A DNA stretch of 50,602 bases from Pseudomonas phage PAShipCat1: sequence record PP067092.1; one strand, written 5' to 3'. The notes below the pieces were generated by a model. That model had not been told where the DNA came from and did no database searches. It saw only the letters and a list, made by a program, of their open reading frames with translations. The translations under genes and the position numbers were made by a program. Position 1 is the stretch's first letter. Every line of letters starts with the position of its first letter. Shown piece by piece: positions 25,829 to 35,445 of the stretch.

Positions 25829-28529
25829 CGGAGAACCGCTGGAGCGGCATCCGATCGGTCGCAGGATGACGATTCATGCCTGGCTGACCGCGAATTCTCC
25901 TGGGTACCGCTGCCACGATGTCCACCCGTTCTCCATCGGTGTTGTCCCCGCCGAGGTTGCGCTCTGCGGTGACCTGACCGACAAGCAGAAAAAGGCGCAT
26001 GAGGAGTTCGTCCACCCCGGCGAGTGGGCCGAGCGCATCATCGACCGCGGCGACATTGTGAGGATCTACAAGCTCCCGCGCGGGACTGATCCGTTCACGA
26101 TTACTGCGGCCCTTTTCAAGGGGGCGCAATCGGTTTTTCGGATGCTCATGCCTCAATTGCCCGGCATGCCGACGAACCCCGGGCAGGGCGCGTCGCTCTC
26201 TGAAACCAGCGCGCGCGGGAACAAGGTAAAACTCGGCGATGCGATCCGCGAAGTTGCTGGCCGTCGTCTGATTTATCCCGACTACATCCTGCCGCCCAGG
26301 AAGTATTTCGCCGGTCCGCGTGAGCAGTGGACCGAAATGCTGTTGTGCATTGGGCGTGGTCGATTCCAGATCGCCGAGGGTGCTGCGAAAATCGGTGACA
26401 CGTCATTCCTGGCGCTTGGCGCCGATGCCTCGTTCCAGATTTTCGAGCCAGGGCAGAACGTCAGTGGGCATCCTGCATCGGTGTGGTGGCATCTGGTGGA
26501 AGAGGTTGGCGCGAGTTCGACGGGAAACGCCGGTCTTGACCTGACCGAGAGCTCCAATCTCACCCCGAACCCGTCGGCAACTACGTTCACGTTCTCCGGG
26601 ACGAATATCATCATTTCCGCCGGTGCGGGGTCGTTCCCCTCTGACTGGGTTGCGGGGACGATCCTGCGGGTTGAGGCGATGTACCCCTATTCGGTTAACG
26701 ATGGCGGCGGGACGAATCGCGACGTCGTGACGGGGGATATCGCTCAGCTCGGGCTGGATGTTGGCGACGAGATCGAGGTGGTCGGCACCAACGGCGGCCT
26801 CTACCTGGTGAACGACATCACCTCAACGTCGATGACGCTCAACTACAGCAACGGTTCACCGGCCAATGCGTTGCAGACTGGCTCCGGCAATGCAGCAATT
26901 GGCCCGCGTGGCCTGCGCTATCGGATCACGTCCTACAGCGCGCAGCAACTCACCGTCGAGCGGCTGACCAGTGCGGGCGGTGTCGATGTGGACTGGCCAG
27001 GGTTTACCGCTCTCAACTCGTCTACGTCCCGAGTCACCATCGATCCGACCAGCCTAGAAGGGGGCTGGCGCGGGCCATTCCCTGCATGCCCTGTGTCGGA
27101 GAAGACCAACTTCGTCGAGATCGACGTATTTTGCCCGGAAGGGCTTTGCGGTGTAGGCAGGGAAGGGCAGATCTACCAGATCCGCACCTATTACGACATC
27201 CAGTGGCGAGACATGGCCATCGGCGGCGCATGGACGACGGTCAGCAAGAACCACGCAGGGAGTTCATTGGATCAGCAAGGATTCACGGACGGCATCTCGC
27301 TGCCGTACATGATGCGACCCGAATTTCGCATTCGAAAAGTGTTCGTCAACCAGGGTGGAAACTCTACGTCCGAATACCGGGATCGCACGCAGTGGTACGG
27401 GATGCGCGCGCGCCTCCAGGCTCCATCGTCCTACGCCGGCGTCACGGTAATGGCTGTTCGATATCGGTCGTCTGACCGTATCGCAGCGCAGACCGAAAGC
27501 CGCGTTTCGGTGGAAGCTACTCGCATGCTACCGACTCGGCAGAACGGTGCATGGACGCCCGAGATCGCAACGCGGGATATCGTCCCGTTCCTCTGCTACA
27601 TCGCAAAGGAACGAGGCTACACCGACGACGATCTAGACTTGGCCGAGTTGGATAGGCTGGACGCCATCTGGAAGGCCCGTGGCGACACATTCGACATGAT
27701 CTACGAGGACGGCAAGATCACCGTCGCCCAGATCATGGACGACGTGCTTGCAGCCGGATATGCGGAGAAGACGATCAAGCGCGGCGTGATCTCTGCGGCC
27801 CGAGACGAGCCCAGGACAACGTTCGGGCACATGTACTCGCCGCAGAACATGGATGGGCCCCTGAGGATCAGCATCAGCGCTCCGTCGGAGGACGACTACG
27901 ACGGTGTTGACGTGGATTTCGTCAACGCCAACGGCTGGATCGAAGATACCGTCCAGTGCCGCCTGCCCGGCGATGTCGGTCGGAAGGTCGAGAAGATCAC
28001 GGCTGTCGGCGTCACAAACCGCGACCGAGCCTGGCGCTACGGGATGCGCCGCAGGATGGCACAGCGATACCGGCGAGCCGAGTATTCGTTCGATACCGGC
28101 CTCGACGCGCTGAACAGCGAGTTCTGGGATTATGTGGCCCTCGCCGGCGATGTTCCAGGCCCTGGGCTGGCGCAGAGCGCATATCTGAAATCGTTCGTGA
28201 TCGCTGGAAACTCGGTCCTGATCGAGTCCAGCGAGCCGCTCGACTGGTCGCTGCTGAACTCTCCAGCACTGTACCTGCGCCGCCCAGACGGAACGGTTTC
28301 CGGTGGCTACCCGGCATCCAGGATCGACGACTACCGGCTGAGCATTCCCAGCATCGATTTCGTCCCTGATGTGTCGTGGGAAATCGAGCCGCCGCACATA
28401 CTGCTCGGAAACCCATACCCGGCTCTGATCAGTTCCATAGACCCCAACGGCAATACCGCTGCGTCCGTCCGAGCGGTGATTTATGACCCCAGGGTCTACA
28501 CCTTCGACGACGCCAGCGCCCCCAACTGA
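25800..28529 (+). CDS. tail tip / host-specificity protein J-like (possibly with I-like N-terminal segment)
   Basis: 909 aa from GTG at 25800 (alternative ATG at 25866). Synteny after K-like gene. Confidence 0.7.
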   Translation: MIEIYPSLLDGEPLERHPIGRRMTIHAWLTANSPGYRCHDVHPFSIGVVPAEVALCGDLTDKQKKAHEEFVHPGEWAERIIDRGDIVRIYKLPRGTDPFTITAALFKGAQSVFRMLMPQLPGMPTNPGQGASLSETSARGNKVKLGDAIREVAGRRLIYPDYILPPRKYFAGPREQWTEMLLCIGRGRFQIAEGAAKIGDTSFLALGADASFQIFEPGQNVSGHPASVWWHLVEEVGASSTGNAGLDLTESSNLTPNPSATTFTFSGTNIIISAGAGSFPSDWVAGTILRVEAMYPYSVNDGGGTNRDVVTGDIAQLGLDVGDEIEVVGTNGGLYLVNDITSTSMTLNYSNGSPANALQTGSGNAAIGPRGLRYRITSYSAQQLTVERLTSAGGVDVDWPGFTALNSSTSRVTIDPTSLEGGWRGPFPACPVSEKTNFVEIDVFCPEGLCGVGREGQIYQIRTYYDIQWRDMAIGGAWTTVSKNHAGSSLDQQGFTDGISLPYMMRPEFRIRKVFVNQGGNSTSEYRDRTQWYGMRARLQAPSSYAGVTVMAVRYRSSDRIAAQTESRVSVEATRMLPTRQNGAWTPEIATRDIVPFLCYIAKERGYTDDDLDLAELDRLDAIWKARGDTFDMIYEDGKITVAQIMDDVLAAGYAEKTIKRGVISAARDEPRTTFGHMYSPQNMDGPLRISISAPSEDDYDGVDVDFVNANGWIEDTVQCRLPGDVGRKVEKITAVGVTNRDRAWRYGMRRRMAQRYRRAEYSFDTGLDALNSEFWDYVALAGDVPGPGLAQSAYLKSFVIAGNSVLIESSEPLDWSLLNSPALYLRRPDGTVSGGYPASRIDDYRLSIPSIDFVPDVSWEIEPPHILLGNPYPALISSIDPNGNTAASVRAVIYDPRVYTFDDASAPN

Positions 28530-28589
28530 CCGCACACACAAATCCAGAGCCCGCCATAGAGCGGGCTTTTTCATGCTCGGAGAATTTGC

Positions 28590-30749
28590 ATGACGACTTA
28601 CGCCACCGGCAACCCGCTTGGCTCCAAAGACACCCGTGACCTCTACGACAACACCGAAAACTTCGACGCAGCGATGAACGACCGCGCGAATGTTTCTTGG
28701 AATGACCGATTTGGCGTCTCTAGAAAAACCTGGTTTGGAGTCGAACAGCAGGTCAACGACTTCCTCGCCGCCCAGGGATACGAGGCCGTCGTTCTGGAGT
28801 ACGCCGACGGCTCCCCGTTGACAGTAGACCGCTCGACCCAACTCATCGAGCGGGATGGGATTCTGTATAGCGTCAAGCGCCCTGCATCGTTCCCCCTCGA
28901 GCTGACCGGCAACTGGTCAACCGACCAGAGCCTGCTGGTGCTCCAGGTGGATCAGGGGTTCCCCGAGGAAATCGGTCGCGGTGTCCGCCGGGTCGACTCG
29001 GTTGCCGTCCTGCGGACCATCGAAGGGCGATTTGCCGGGGATTCCGCGCTTGTTGTCGGGTACTACGCCGAGACTCCGGGGATCGGCGGTGGGGAGTTTC
29101 ATTGGGACTCGACCGCGACCGAGGACGACAACGGCGGATCGATCATCCAGGCAACTGGAATCACAACTGGCCGCTGGAAGCGCGATATCACCCATGGCGT
29201 TTGGGCCGAGTGGTTCGGGGCTCGCAATGACGGCACGGATGCGGCAGGAACTACTGCTGCGGTCTGGGCTGCAATCATCGCACTCCGGCACGACCCGGAG
29301 ACAATCGTGCAGTACATCGGCGGTCCAACTGTCACAGCGTATGCATCCGGGCGACTGAACTTCGGCAGCGGGGTATTTGCACTCCAGCCTGATAGTTTCG
29401 ATATTACCCAGGACCTCGGCCTGACCATCGTCGGGCAGGGATTCAGAGGTAAGAACCAGGCGATGAAGGCGGCTACCACGTTGCTCTGCAAGGGAGTTTC
29501 AAGTGGATTTTTCTTCCGCCACTACGGGAATGGCGCCCGTAATCTGACATTCAAAGATATGGATGTCGTATATGAGAACTCGGATTTCACTGGAGACATA
29601 GTTGAGAGCCTTACATCTCCCGGCTTGACGCTTGAGAGGACTAGGCTTGGCTGCTATGGCGGGCTTCTTGGAACTCGCGTTCAAACCGCGAGAAGCTGTA
29701 TCCGACCAACGTTCGACGAATTTTTGCGTTGCGAAGACGTTGTGTTTGATGGCGCTCAGAATGGCTTTTGGTCGGATGGTGCGCGGACAGTTCCGGGTCT
29801 GTCTTTTGGTGGGTGGGGTACGACCCTTATGAACTGTACGTTTTATGATATTGCCAATGTCATGATACATCATGCAGCTAATAGAGGTAGAAGCATTGTT
29901 AATGTAATTGGGTGTGCGTTCAATCCTATCAATATAAGTCCTGCTAGGTGTTTTGACATTACCAACATTGAGGGAATCAATGTGACCGGAAATCAATTTA
30001 CACCAAGCACGGGAAACCAGCCAACGCAAGAATGGATTAGGCTTCTAGGTAGCACTGGCGCTATAGATGGGAATACGTTTTCAGGCCCATCCTCAAAGCT
30101 CGGAACCATTGGAGGCGTAGATCCTTCGTCAATCAGGTTCTCTAACAATAGGGTATCCTGCCAAGGTGGTCTTGTAGTATCCGGAGGAATTTTTACAGGC
30201 TCTGGAAACGAATATTCTATAGCTGATCATGGAGTTGACGTATCGCCAGTGGCTATTACTACTCTTGATATTGGTCCTGATATTTTCAAGTCTGGAGTAT
30301 CTGGGAACTCATATCGCATCTCTGCGGATAGCTCCCTTCTTGGCGGGAGAATTAACTACATATTTGAGCAGGATAACTCAAATAGTAAGTTTTCAAATGT
30401 TTCCTCAAGGGTCTCAATTGATAATGTTGATAGGAGAATATCTACTATAGGCTCTCTCCCATCTACCGCGTCTCCGTATTTTAGCGGAAGAACCTATAAT
30501 GTTACCGTTGCGGGTACATTCACATTGCCCACTCCAATTCCGGGAATTAGATTGAGAGTAATGAAAAGCACAGCGACGGCACTGACAGTATCTACCACAT
30601 CCGGCTCGAATATTCTTGTCGGTGCCCGTTCGGCAAGAACCTCTGCCGTTGCGACAGCCGCCGAGATTGGGCCAGCAATTGAGTTTGTTGCTTTTAGCTC
30701 TGCATCATGGGTGGCGCAAGTCCTGTCAGGGTCTTGGTCATTCAGCTAG
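28590..30749 (+). CDS. tailspike / tail fibre protein with right-handed beta-helix-like C-terminal receptor-binding domain
   Basis: 719 aa. N-terminal ~290 aa at genome GC. C-terminal ~430 aa at ~42% GC with repetitive G/N/S/T-rich beta-helix-like segments. Confidence 0.7.
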   Translation: MTTYATGNPLGSKDTRDLYDNTENFDAAMNDRANVSWNDRFGVSRKTWFGVEQQVNDFLAAQGYEAVVLEYADGSPLTVDRSTQLIERDGILYSVKRPASFPLELTGNWSTDQSLLVLQVDQGFPEEIGRGVRRVDSVAVLRTIEGRFAGDSALVVGYYAETPGIGGGEFHWDSTATEDDNGGSIIQATGITTGRWKRDITHGVWAEWFGARNDGTDAAGTTAAVWAAIIALRHDPETIVQYIGGPTVTAYASGRLNFGSGVFALQPDSFDITQDLGLTIVGQGFRGKNQAMKAATTLLCKGVSSGFFFRHYGNGARNLTFKDMDVVYENSDFTGDIVESLTSPGLTLERTRLGCYGGLLGTRVQTARSCIRPTFDEFLRCEDVVFDGAQNGFWSDGARTVPGLSFGGWGTTLMNCTFYDIANVMIHHAANRGRSIVNVIGCAFNPINISPARCFDITNIEGINVTGNQFTPSTGNQPTQEWIRLLGSTGAIDGNTFSGPSSKLGTIGGVDPSSIRFSNNRVSCQGGLVVSGGIFTGSGNEYSIADHGVDVSPVAITTLDIGPDIFKSGVSGNSYRISADSSLLGGRINYIFEQDNSNSKFSNVSSRVSIDNVDRRISTIGSLPSTASPYFSGRTYNVTVAGTFTLPTPIPGIRLRVMKSTATALTVSTTSGSNILVGARSARTSAVATAAEIGPAIEFVAFSSASWVAQVLSGSWSFS

Positions 30750-32678
30750 TCAACCCCCTGTTACTGGCAGGTCTTTTAGAAATACATCACCAAGTCCGAC
30801 TGATTTTAAATAGTCGGACCTGCGTGATGCTATGTCTTTCATAACAGAGATCAAGAACGTTGCCGTCATGTGGTTCGCGTCAGTAATGAATGGGACTCCG
30901 CTCGCATCATACGGACAAGAACCTAAGATAGAGCAGACAAGCTCTTTTACGTCGATGTATGTATATGGGGCTCTCATTCTCGAAGAGTATTTCCCATATG
31001 GTTCGCTGCCATCATAGGTTGCGGCATCTATACAGGATTTTGCTGAATTTTTCGATATGAACATTGTGGATAGGCATGATTGCTTTTTATCTACATCAAG
31101 TTGGAAGTAGTTGCCAAATACGTATAGGTCGGCTCCGGTTTCATTCTTTAGCTTCTTATACAGATCAAACCTGTACATGTTGTATCTGTAGGAGAAAGGT
31201 CTGTGTGAAACGATGAATATCTTCTCTGTAGAGTCTAGCAGCTTTCTATCGCTAGTGACTTTTGAGAATGTTTCGCAGTTCTCTGTATATCGAGATTCTG
31301 TCGGGGATGCTTTCAGGGATTTGGAAATATCACTGAACTTGCACCCTAAATAGCTTACGGAAATTACGCGATAGCGGCTTTTATCTACTTGGCTTGAAAT
31401 CCCTATGGACCAGTTAGTTAGATAGGAGTCGCCAACTATAAGTACCACTGGTTTATCGCTTTGCGGGTCAGTATCTTCTATAAAAAGCTTTCTATTAGCG
31501 TTCTCTATTAGCTGAGAATTAATGCTGTAGACGCTATCAAGTCTTTCCGGGAATCCTTCCTTTACATAGCCATACGACGCTACAGATATGAGCGTAACAA
31601 TAGCAATCGCTGTAGACGCTATAGGTCGCTTACCTAGGGCGCTGGCCCCGTTGCGCACAGGTTTTTCGACTAGCCGGTAACTCAAGATAGAAAGCAAAAG
31701 CGTGAAGGAAATCGCAATCGCAGAGTGCTCTGCTGATAGCTCTCCAAAGCTGCGGAGTTTGAAGATTGCCAGTATTGGCTGGTGCCACAAATAAGCGCTA
31801 TAGCTGATCAGGCCAATCATTACGAATGGCCTAGAACTGAGAATGACTCCAACCAGAGTACGCGGACCGGTGGCAGCAATGATCAGAGCAGTCCCAATCA
31901 CAGGCAGCGCGGCATTGATGCCTGGGAATGGTGTCTGCTCGTTATAAGCTAGTATGGCGTATACGATCATCGATAGGCCGGATAACGACAGTGCTTGATT
32001 AAGCGGCCCTGACGATATCGGCGCCGTTCTGCGTAGCAGGTAGAGCGCGGTTAGTGAGCCGACAAGCAATTCCCAGGCGCGTGCTGGCAGCATATAGAAT
32101 GACATCATTGGATCAGTAGCCAGATAGTGCTCAGCAAACCACATGCTGGCAGCTACCAAGGCCAAGGTAATGACGGCGAACCATGCGCGCCCTAGTCGCC
32201 AGACGGCCATCACCAGCAACGGAAAAACAATGTAGTACTGCTCCTCTACTGCAAGGCTCCATGTGTGAATAAGAGGTTTGAGCGTTGTTGCCGTATCCCA
32301 ATATCCAGACTCATACCAAAACAGGATGTTGGATGAGAACGTTGCAGTGGCCGCGATGCTTGAGAAATAACTTTTCAGTTCTTCTGGAGGCAAAAACACC
32401 CACGCCAACGGCATTGTTGCAAGTATCACCACGAATAGCGCAGGCATAATCCTCTTGGCGCGTCTTTGGTAGAACTTGATTATACTTATACCGCCGCGTT
32501 CTTGATCCTTAATAAGAATCGTGGTTATCAAAAATCCACTTATTACAAAGAAAACATCAACTCCAACAAATCCTCCAGAGAATGACTTAAATCCGGCATG
32601 AAAAAGAATGACCGACAAAACTGCAATAGCGCGGAGTCCGTCTATCTCTGGTCGATATTTAACAGTTGGATTACTCAT
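30750..32678 (-). CDS. O-antigen acyltransferase (acyltransferase family 3, OafA/Oac-like, with C-terminal SGNH-type domain)
   Basis: N-terminal EIDGLRAIAVLSVILFHAG...GGFVGVDVFFVISGFLIT...RRAKRIMPALF...HTWSLAVEEQYYIVFPLL is AT3 family. C-terminal VVLIVGDSYLTNW GDS motif. Multiple TM helices. ~40% GC. Confidence 0.85.
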   Translation of the reverse strand: MSNPTVKYRPEIDGLRAIAVLSVILFHAGFKSFSGGFVGVDVFFVISGFLITTILIKDQERGGISIIKFYQRRAKRIMPALFVVILATMPLAWVFLPPEELKSYFSSIAATATFSSNILFWYESGYWDTATTLKPLIHTWSLAVEEQYYIVFPLLVMAVWRLGRAWFAVITLALVAASMWFAEHYLATDPMMSFYMLPARAWELLVGSLTALYLLRRTAPISSGPLNQALSLSGLSMIVYAILAYNEQTPFPGINAALPVIGTALIIAATGPRTLVGVILSSRPFVMIGLISYSAYLWHQPILAIFKLRSFGELSAEHSAIAISFTLLLSILSYRLVEKPVRNGASALGKRPIASTAIAIVTLISVASYGYVKEGFPERLDSVYSINSQLIENANRKLFIEDTDPQSDKPVVLIVGDSYLTNWSIGISSQVDKSRYRVISVSYLGCKFSDISKSLKASPTESRYTENCETFSKVTSDRKLLDSTEKIFIVSHRPFSYRYNMYRFDLYKKLKNETGADLYVFGNYFQLDVDKKQSCLSTMFISKNSAKSCIDAATYDGSEPYGKYSSRMRAPYTYIDVKELVCSILGSCPYDASGVPFITDANHMTATFLISVMKDIASRRSDYLKSVGLGDVFLKDLPVTGG

Positions 32679-32792
32679 AACATACCTGTCGTTGTGTTCA
32701 TCTGCCTGTTACAGCGGCGCCGATCATACCCAATTGGAGCGGGACATGCCCACTCCCGAGCGCCGGCCAGCAAGCCGGCGCCGGGCTGATGG

Positions 32793-33653
32793 TTAGCGGA
32801 TGCTGAGATCAGAGTATTGATTGAGCCCAAGCCGCCTCTGTACGGCATCGAACTCGCCGTCGAAATCCTTCCTGAGCTGCCAGACGCCCATGTAGCCATC
32901 CTTGAAGTGGTCGATCATCTCCACCCCGGCGCGGGAACCGTGCTGCCTCAAGAAATAGTAAAGGCTGTGCCGCTTGAAGATTTCGTACAGGTACTGGAAG
33001 TGGTGGCAGACGAAGTACACATCATAGAGCTGGTGGTCGTTGAGCATGGTGCCGCAGCGTTTTTCAGGCTTCGGCAGCCATTCTCCTTCGTGAACGCTGT
33101 AGGCAGCGACGAAGTTGCGGGCCGCATCCAACTGATTGGCGGGGATGTCTGTGGCAGACCGAACCCCGAAAGCGGCATGGGTCTGTGACCAGATTTTCAT
33201 GGTGGCTCGCCGGCGGACTTCGACGGGGAGGGCGGCTACCTTGCCCTTGATCAGCGAGCCGAGCATGTGGAAGCCGTCGGTACCTATGGTTTCGCCAACC
33301 AGGGTTGCCATCTTGTTGCTGGAGTCCTCATAGCGACCATGCTTGCGAATCGCAGGCAGCACCTCGGCGGTTACCCACTTCTTGAAGCGCTTGGCTTCGG
33401 CCTTGCGGCTGCGCAGGATCGCCGAGTACAGCCCAGACTCGTTGATGACCAGCATTTCCTGATCACCGCCAGGGGTGGGCAGAATCTGCCTACCCTTTTC
33501 GTCATCGTCCAGATTCCGCGCCATATCCTTTGCAGTCAGGTACTGGAGAGCAGAGGCGATATCGGCAGCAACGAACCATGGCTGGTCGTCGATCAGCATG
33601 GTGCGGACTTCGCGAGCGTCGAACTGGAACGGAATTACTTGAGCGGTTTGCAT
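32793..33653 (-). CDS. Bro-N domain protein (antirepressor-like)
   Basis: N-terminal VIPFQFDAREVRTMLIDDQPWFVAADIASALQY is a canonical Bro-N/KilA-N signature. Confidence 0.7.
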   Translation of the reverse strand: MQTAQVIPFQFDAREVRTMLIDDQPWFVAADIASALQYLTAKDMARNLDDDEKGRQILPTPGGDQEMLVINESGLYSAILRSRKAEAKRFKKWVTAEVLPAIRKHGRYEDSSNKMATLVGETIGTDGFHMLGSLIKGKVAALPVEVRRRATMKIWSQTHAAFGVRSATDIPANQLDAARNFVAAYSVHEGEWLPKPEKRCGTMLNDHQLYDVYFVCHHFQYLYEIFKRHSLYYFLRQHGSRAGVEMIDHFKDGYMGVWQLRKDFDGEFDAVQRRLGLNQYSDLSIR

Positions 33654-33924
33654 GATGAGGACTCCTTACCTGTTTGGGAGTTCGCCATCTCTGCGACCAA
33701 GAAGAGGGAGGCGAACTGTACGCGGGTTGGCCGACCGGGGGTAAGGCTCCCGGCACACCCGAAGGTGTCCCACGCACAGCCCGCCATAACGCGGGCACAA
33801 AAAAACGCCCTGCGGCGCTGTGCGCCTTACCGATTCGGGCGGCCAAGCCCGACCGCTGAATTTGCAGCGGCAGGCGGAATATGGAATAAACGCCAGCATT
33901 CGTCAACGTTCATGAGGGGCTGGG

Positions 33925-34272
33925 GTGGCTAAAAAGGAAATCGACTCAGCGAGCATCCATGCGAATCGAATGGCTAAGCTGAATAGCGCGTCCAGCAGCT
34001 ACGGTTGCAGGACTTTGTTTATGCATCTATCGGCCCTTCGTCCAGATACCCGAACCTCTCACGCAGCAAGGCATGGAAAGCTTTTCACTGCTGATCAGGT
34101 AAGGGAGTGGTATGCGCGTGATGGCAATTCAGAGGGATGCAGGTGCTCACTCGTTGAGGTTCTCGTAGACGAGCAGGGTGTCCCCCTGGCTCCCATGCTG
34201 GTTGAGCGTGCGCGCCAGACTTTCGAAAAGATGAAGGCGAAGGGGCTCGGCGACTGGACAAGAGAACTGTGA
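33925..34272 (+). CDS. stand-alone fragment homologous to the C-terminus of the MuF head morphogenesis protein
   Basis: MHLSALRPDTRTSHAARHGKLFTADQVREWYARDGNSEGCRCSLVEVLVDEQGVPLAPMLVERARQTFEKMKAKG aligns with MuF (14131..14982) residues MHMSALSPSTRATHAARHARLYTSDEVRDWYSRDGNSINCKCSQVEVLVDDEGNPVVPAIVERARRNYQVMKAKG. GTG start with GAGGGG SD. Confidence 0.55.
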   Translation: MAKKEIDSASIHANRMAKLNSASSSYGCRTLFMHLSALRPDTRTSHAARHGKLFTADQVREWYARDGNSEGCRCSLVEVLVDEQGVPLAPMLVERARQTFEKMKAKGLGDWTREL

Positions 34273-34347
34273 CCTCGAGGTCTGGCGTCATGCACGGGCG
34301 ATTGATAGCGTCGTGACCTGCTGACAACTGATCAATAAGGGATTGCC

Positions 34348-34680
34348 ATGCAGTACAGCGTGATTGTCACGGGCACAGGATTCGAAGGTCGTAGCGGCAG
34401 AATACGCCTGGCTGTGCGCCCCGGAATGGAAGTCAAGCTAGTGCCAGAACCGGACAACCCGCACGACCCCAATGCCATCGCCGTCTACGTGCATGTCCGG
34501 CGCTGGTTCACCCTGTTCCTCCCGACTGACGTACAAATCGGCTACATCAAGAGAGATCGGGCCGCGTTCTTCACCCGAAAGATGAAGGCGGGTGGGCGGA
34601 TCACAAAGGCAACAGTGAAAAGCATGTATACCGAACTCGACCATCCAAGGGTTTCTCTGAGCATCGAAACCGACTGGTAG
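34348..34680 (+). CDS. HIRAN-domain protein (stand-alone, 110 aa)
   Basis: LVPEPDNPHDPNAIAVYV matches the HIRAN core motif. No other domain. Confidence 0.65.
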   Translation: MQYSVIVTGTGFEGRSGRIRLAVRPGMEVKLVPEPDNPHDPNAIAVYVHVRRWFTLFLPTDVQIGYIKRDRAAFFTRKMKAGGRITKATVKSMYTELDHPRVSLSIETDW

Positions 34681-34703
34681 TCGCGCAAGACAGAAAAGCA
34701 AAA

Positions 34704-34740
34704 CCCCCGGACGTTCACAGCGTGCCGGGGGTTTTTATTT
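34704..34740 (+). terminator. intrinsic terminator
   Basis: CCCCCGG-ACGTTCACAGCGTG-CCGGGGG followed by TTTTTATTT. Confidence 0.6.
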
Positions 34741-34747
34741 CCACCCC

Positions 34748-34942
34748 TTGGGAAGGACAAGGAGCAGAACATACGTGAATCGTAGACCAATCTTGCTGAA
34801 GGTTAAAGACTGGCTGGAGGTCAAAATGCCAACGAGTCATTTCCTGAATTTTTGCATCGGGGTCAGCCTGCTGATCCTCGCCTGTGGAGCCGCCGCTTGG
34901 CTGTCGTCTCCTGTGCTGCTGGCGATCCTGAACGGTAGCTGA
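34748..34942 (+). CDS. small single-TM protein upstream of endolysin (possible holin/pinholin, 38-64 aa)
   Basis: ORF track. Likely start at internal ATG (MPTSHFLNFCIGVSLLILACGAAAWLSSPVLLAILNGS). Confidence 0.35.
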   Translation: MGRTRSRTYVNRRPILLKVKDWLEVKMPTSHFLNFCIGVSLLILACGAAAWLSSPVLLAILNGS

Positions 34943-34957
34943 CCCGAACACCTTCCC

Positions 34958-34998
34958 GACGAAGATAAGCCCGCCACTGAGCGGGCTTCGTCGTTTTT
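34958..34998 (+). terminator. hairpin with T-run between small TM ORF and endolysin (terminator-like/attenuator)
   Basis: CGACGAAG...GCCCGC-CACTGA-GCGGGC-TTCGTCG followed by TTTTTGG. Confidence 0.4.
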
Positions 34999-35010
34999 GG
35001 AGACCCGTAA

Positions 35011-35445
35011 ATGCGTACATCCCAACGAGGCATAGACCTCATCAAATCGTTCGAGGGCCTGCGCCTGTCCGCCTATCAGGACTCGGTGGGTGTCTGGACC
35101 ATTGGCTACGGCACCACGCGAGGCGTCACCCGCTACATGACGATCACCGTCGAGCAGGCCGAGCGGATGCTGTCGAACGACATTCAGCGCTTCGAGCCAG
35201 AGCTGGGCAAGCTGGTGAAAGTGGCGCTGAACCAGAACCAGTGGGACGCCCTGATGAGCTTCGTGTACAACCTGGGCGCGGCCAATCTGGCGTCGTCCAC
35301 GCTGCTCAAGCTGCTGAACAGGGGGGACTACCAGGGAGCAGCGGACCAGTTCTCGCGATGGGTGAATGCCGGAGGAAAGCGACTGGGGGGCCTGGTTAAG
35401 CGCCGAGCGGCGGAACGTGTCCTGTTCCTGGAGCCACTATCGTGA
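35011..35445 (+). CDS. endolysin, GH24 phage lysozyme (T4 E / lambda R-type fold family)
   Basis: GIDLIKSFEGLRLSAYQDSVGVWTIGYGTT is the hallmark GH24 catalytic-region motif. Confidence 0.9.
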   Translation: MRTSQRGIDLIKSFEGLRLSAYQDSVGVWTIGYGTTRGVTRYMTITVEQAERMLSNDIQRFEPELGKLVKVALNQNQWDALMSFVYNLGAANLASSTLLKLLNRGDYQGAADQFSRWVNAGGKRLGGLVKRRAAERVLFLEPLS

